A stretch of 64,000 nt of DNA from NCBI GenBank assembly GCA_964016885.1, contig OZ024747.1:65968001-66032000 (forward strand), read 5' to 3'. Shown here piece by piece: positions 60,844-64,000 of this stretch. The position numbers and the translations under genes were made by a program. Origin of the DNA: Eledone cirrhosa (lineage: Eukaryota). Under the pieces are notes generated by a model, which did not search any database, was not told the DNA's origin, and saw nothing but the letters and a program-made list of their open reading frames with translations. How positions within the stretch are numbered: position 1 is the first letter of the stretch; each line of letters begins with the position of its first letter.

Positions 60844-61250
60844 AGGATGGTGGTTTGGCAGTATCAGCAGAGAGTTGGATACGATGCTTTGCAGCATAGA
60901 GTTACGGCCCTCCACGGTCTGAGTTCAAATCCCGCCGAAGTTAACTTTGCCTTTCATCCTTACGGATCGATAAAATAAAGCACCAGTAACGTACTGGGGT
61001 CGATGTAATCGACTTCCCCTTCCCCAATTACTGGTCTTGTGCCTATACTAGAAATCATTATTGTGGATTGGCAATATCGGTAGAGGGTCGGACGCCATGC
61101 TTTCCAGCATAGTTACGTCCCTTTACGATCTGAGTTCAAATCCCGCCGAGGTTGACTTTGCCTTTCATCCTTACGGGGTCGATTAAATAAAGTACCAGTA
61201 ATGCACTGGGTAATTGCTGGCCTTGTGCCTAAAGTAGAAACAATTATTAT
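60843..61250 (+). mobile_element. Two tandem tRNA-derived SINEs (60843-61056, 61063-61250)
   Basis: A-box-like TGGCAGTATCAG/TGGCAATATCGG, B box GAGTTCAAATCCC, Meta-like core, (ATT)n tails. Confidence 0.88.
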
Positions 61251-61711
61251 TAGTGTTTTTGTTGTTGTTGTTGTGGTTATTTGTCTTTTATATCTCGCAA
61301 AACATTAAATCAAATGTAGATATAAAAAAACCATTACCCTCAACATTTTGTATATTTTAAATTGCAATCCGTTAAACATAACATTTTCTATACGGGTAGT
61401 ATATGTTTTAAAATATACTTATTATACAACAAAGAGTTTTCATTTGCAAACATAAATCTACTTCATTGAAGTAGATTGAAGCATATTTTATTACCGACAT
61501 TACTACAAACAGCTCACATACATATGTATATATGTATTATATTATACATACATGCATACATACGTACGTACATACATACATGGTGGCTGCCAACTCGTTT
61601 TCGAGTACGGCCACTACTTTATATCCATGTAGGAGAACCCCTACCGATGCGCTGAACGAGTGTGACTTTTAGTCCAGCCAGCGACTTGAATACTCTGCAT
61701 ACATACATAAT

Positions 61712-63356
61712 ACAATCTAGCAACATTATCATCAATGGTCTAACTGTTTCACCGATATCTGATGAGGACTGCTACAGATACCTGGGGATAGATGAGAACA
61801 TATCCTATAATGGTATCTGTAATAAAGAACGCGTAACCAGGGAATACTACATCCGATTAAGAAAGATCTGGTCATCGGAACTCTCTGTGCAAAACAAAAC
61901 AGTGGCTCACAATGTGTTTGCTGTGCCTGTCCTGACACCAACGTTTGGAATACTCAATTGGACGATAAACCAAATCCGAGCAGTTGATGTTGGAACTCGA
62001 AAAATACTAAACAACACCGGAAACTTCCACATCAACAGTGACATAGACCGCCTTTACTTGAAACGTAAGCAGGGAGGTAGAGGCCTAACATCGGTCCATA
62101 CAACATTTGAATGTCGCATCATATCTCTCCGATAACATCTACGAACCTCGAAGCATAGGAACCCGTTTCTCGAGCAAGTCTATCTGCATGAAACAGATAA
62201 GATCATGCGAGTTGGGAAGGAACTCCTCGAGAGATATTCCCTGTGTGATAATCAAAAACTCACAACCAGGGAAGTCGCTCAGCAGTATCGCAGTGAATCC
62301 ATAGATAAAAACTGCATGCTTATCAGCAAAAAATTATGCATGGATATGTTGCCAGGAAGCTCCAGAGTGAGAGTAATATAGATAAGGAAAGTAGTCTATC
62401 TTGGACCAACAACCGCTATATTGGCTCCCACTTTGAAGGATACGCCTTTGCAATCCAAGAACACGAGATTAACACGCAATACCTGATTCACAAAAGAGAT
62501 AGGGATGCAGGCAAAACACCTAGATGTGATAACAAGTGCAGACTCTGCAGAACTAACATCGAGGATATCACCCATGTCATCAGCAGCTGCCCAAATATGT
62601 CATCGCGGTACTATCTACCTATGAGGCATGATGTAGTGGCCAAAACACTGTACAATGCAGTTCGTAAAAAAGATAGCCCCGATAATAAACACATTAAAAG
62701 CTCCAACAATGTGGAAGACCTCCATGTACATAATATGAAAGAGTACTGGTGGAATGTTCCAGTAAAAACCCCAATAAAATGCAGGCATAACAGACCAGAT
62801 ATTATGATATGGGACAGGGAGAAGAAAACATGCACAGTAGTGGAAATTAGCTGCCAATATAATATGAAAGATTAGCGAAAAGGAGAATATTTATGCAGAA
62901 CTGATGAGAAATCTGCAGATACTCCACCCTGATTACACCTTCAGATTTATGCCTGTGATCATTGGGGCACTGGGGTATGTTAGTAACTGCCTCAATACAA
63001 ATCTTGAGAAGCTAGGCTTCACAGGAACAGAAATAACACAACTAGTTAGGAAATTACAAGTACAATCCATTAATGGAACAGTAAAAATATGTAAAACATT
63101 CCAAACATTTTGCATCTAATAACTGCATATACACATGTACAGATGCAAAGCATATACACATACACACATTCAACTCAAAACATCCACATCCACACACACA
63201 ATAACATCCATATCTATACATGCATGCATGCAGATATGCAGACATATCTACCTAGTTGATGTTGTGTAAATTCCAATGAGAGAGTCTTGTGCCTATGTTA
63301 GAAACCGACTCTTTCTTTATTGGGAAAAAATTTGTGAAATTATAAAACCAGAAGAA
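61712..63356 (+). mobile_element. 5'-truncated R4-clade element of a second family, in (CATA)n
   Basis: YRYLG, RLYLKRKQGGRGL, CRLC..HVISSC, RHD, RPDI..VEISC, PVIIGALG across broken ORFs 61662-63119; CATACATA at both ends. Confidence 0.88.
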
Positions 63357-63373
63357 CATACATACATATATAT

Positions 63374-63932
63374 ATAGTCACTACTTTAAAACAATAGTGT
63401 AAGGTCTTCAAAATGATTTTAATTAAGCATGCAGTGTATTACCAAATACACTATATATACATTCATATATATATCGCTATTTCAGAGCACCAATTCTAAT
63501 TTTCAATTTTTGTTGGACCAGCAACCGCTCTGTATAATCAGTTCCTGATTATTATTGGAATTCTATAAGAATCCAACATTCATAATTTCAACAAACAAAG
63601 GGAGTGCTAAGCTCTGAGGAATACCAACAGTATGAAACAGAGATCTGTCAGCTTATCTCCCTTTGTTTGTTGAAAAAAGAAGTAAGTGACATAGTCACTA
63701 CTTTAAAACAATAGCGTAAGGTCTTCAAAAGGCTTTTAATTATGCATACAGTGTATTACCAAATACACTATATATACATTCATATATATATCACTATTTC
63801 AGAGCACCAATTCTAATTTTCAATTTTTGCTTGACCGGCAACCGCTCTGTATAATCAGTTCCTGATTATTACTGGAATTCTATAAGAATCCAACATTCAT
63901 AATTTTCAACAAACAAAGGGAGTGCTAAGCTC
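63374..63932 (+). mobile_element. Retrozyme-like tandem repeat, 317-bp period, about 1.8 copies
   Basis: 63374-63614 matches 63691-63932; non-coding; contains a hammerhead; between (TA)n and (CA)n. Confidence 0.8.
63586..63675 (+). ncRNA. Canonical type I hammerhead ribozyme with extended stem I
   Basis: TAAGCT-CTGAGGA(63614-63620)-ATAC caaca GTAT-GAAA-CAG agat CTG-TC(63649)-AGCTTA; distal stem I TTTCAACAAACAAAGGGAG/CTCCCTTTGTTTGTTGAAA, 19 bp. Confidence 0.92.
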
Positions 63933-64000
63933 ACACACACATATTACATACATACCTGTATACACACACACTATGGCTTAGTGTGTATGTATGTATGTAT

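Overview
AT-rich, microsatellite-saturated eukaryotic DNA, most likely from an octopus/coleoid cephalopod (inferred from the tRNA-derived SINE family and repeat landscape; not proven). Almost all long ORFs are retroelement-derived: Tx1-clade LINEs (one apparently intact, 51.1-57.2 kb), R4/Dong-clade RLE elements (one apparently intact, 47.3-51.1 kb), several Penelope-like elements (PLEs), RTE remnants, Helitrons and SINEs. There is a 200-N gap at 19896-20095. Many short ORFs in the supplied track are microsatellite artefacts. The most interesting signal is non-coding. By hand-folding I find a dozen or more type I hammerhead ribozyme motifs in PLE pseudo-LTRs and in small non-coding retrozyme-like units. 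One is a canonical hammerhead in a 317-bp tandem monomer (63.4-63.9 kb), and at least four unrelated families replace the C3-G8 core pair with U3-A8. Fold-back breakpoints repeatedly fall inside the ribozymes. A 16-kb array of Tx1, Dong and SINE copies has accumulated in one (TTA)n tract. One plausible host signal-peptide exon lies on the minus strand at 19.4 kb. All structure calls were made by eye and need computational or experimental confirmation.
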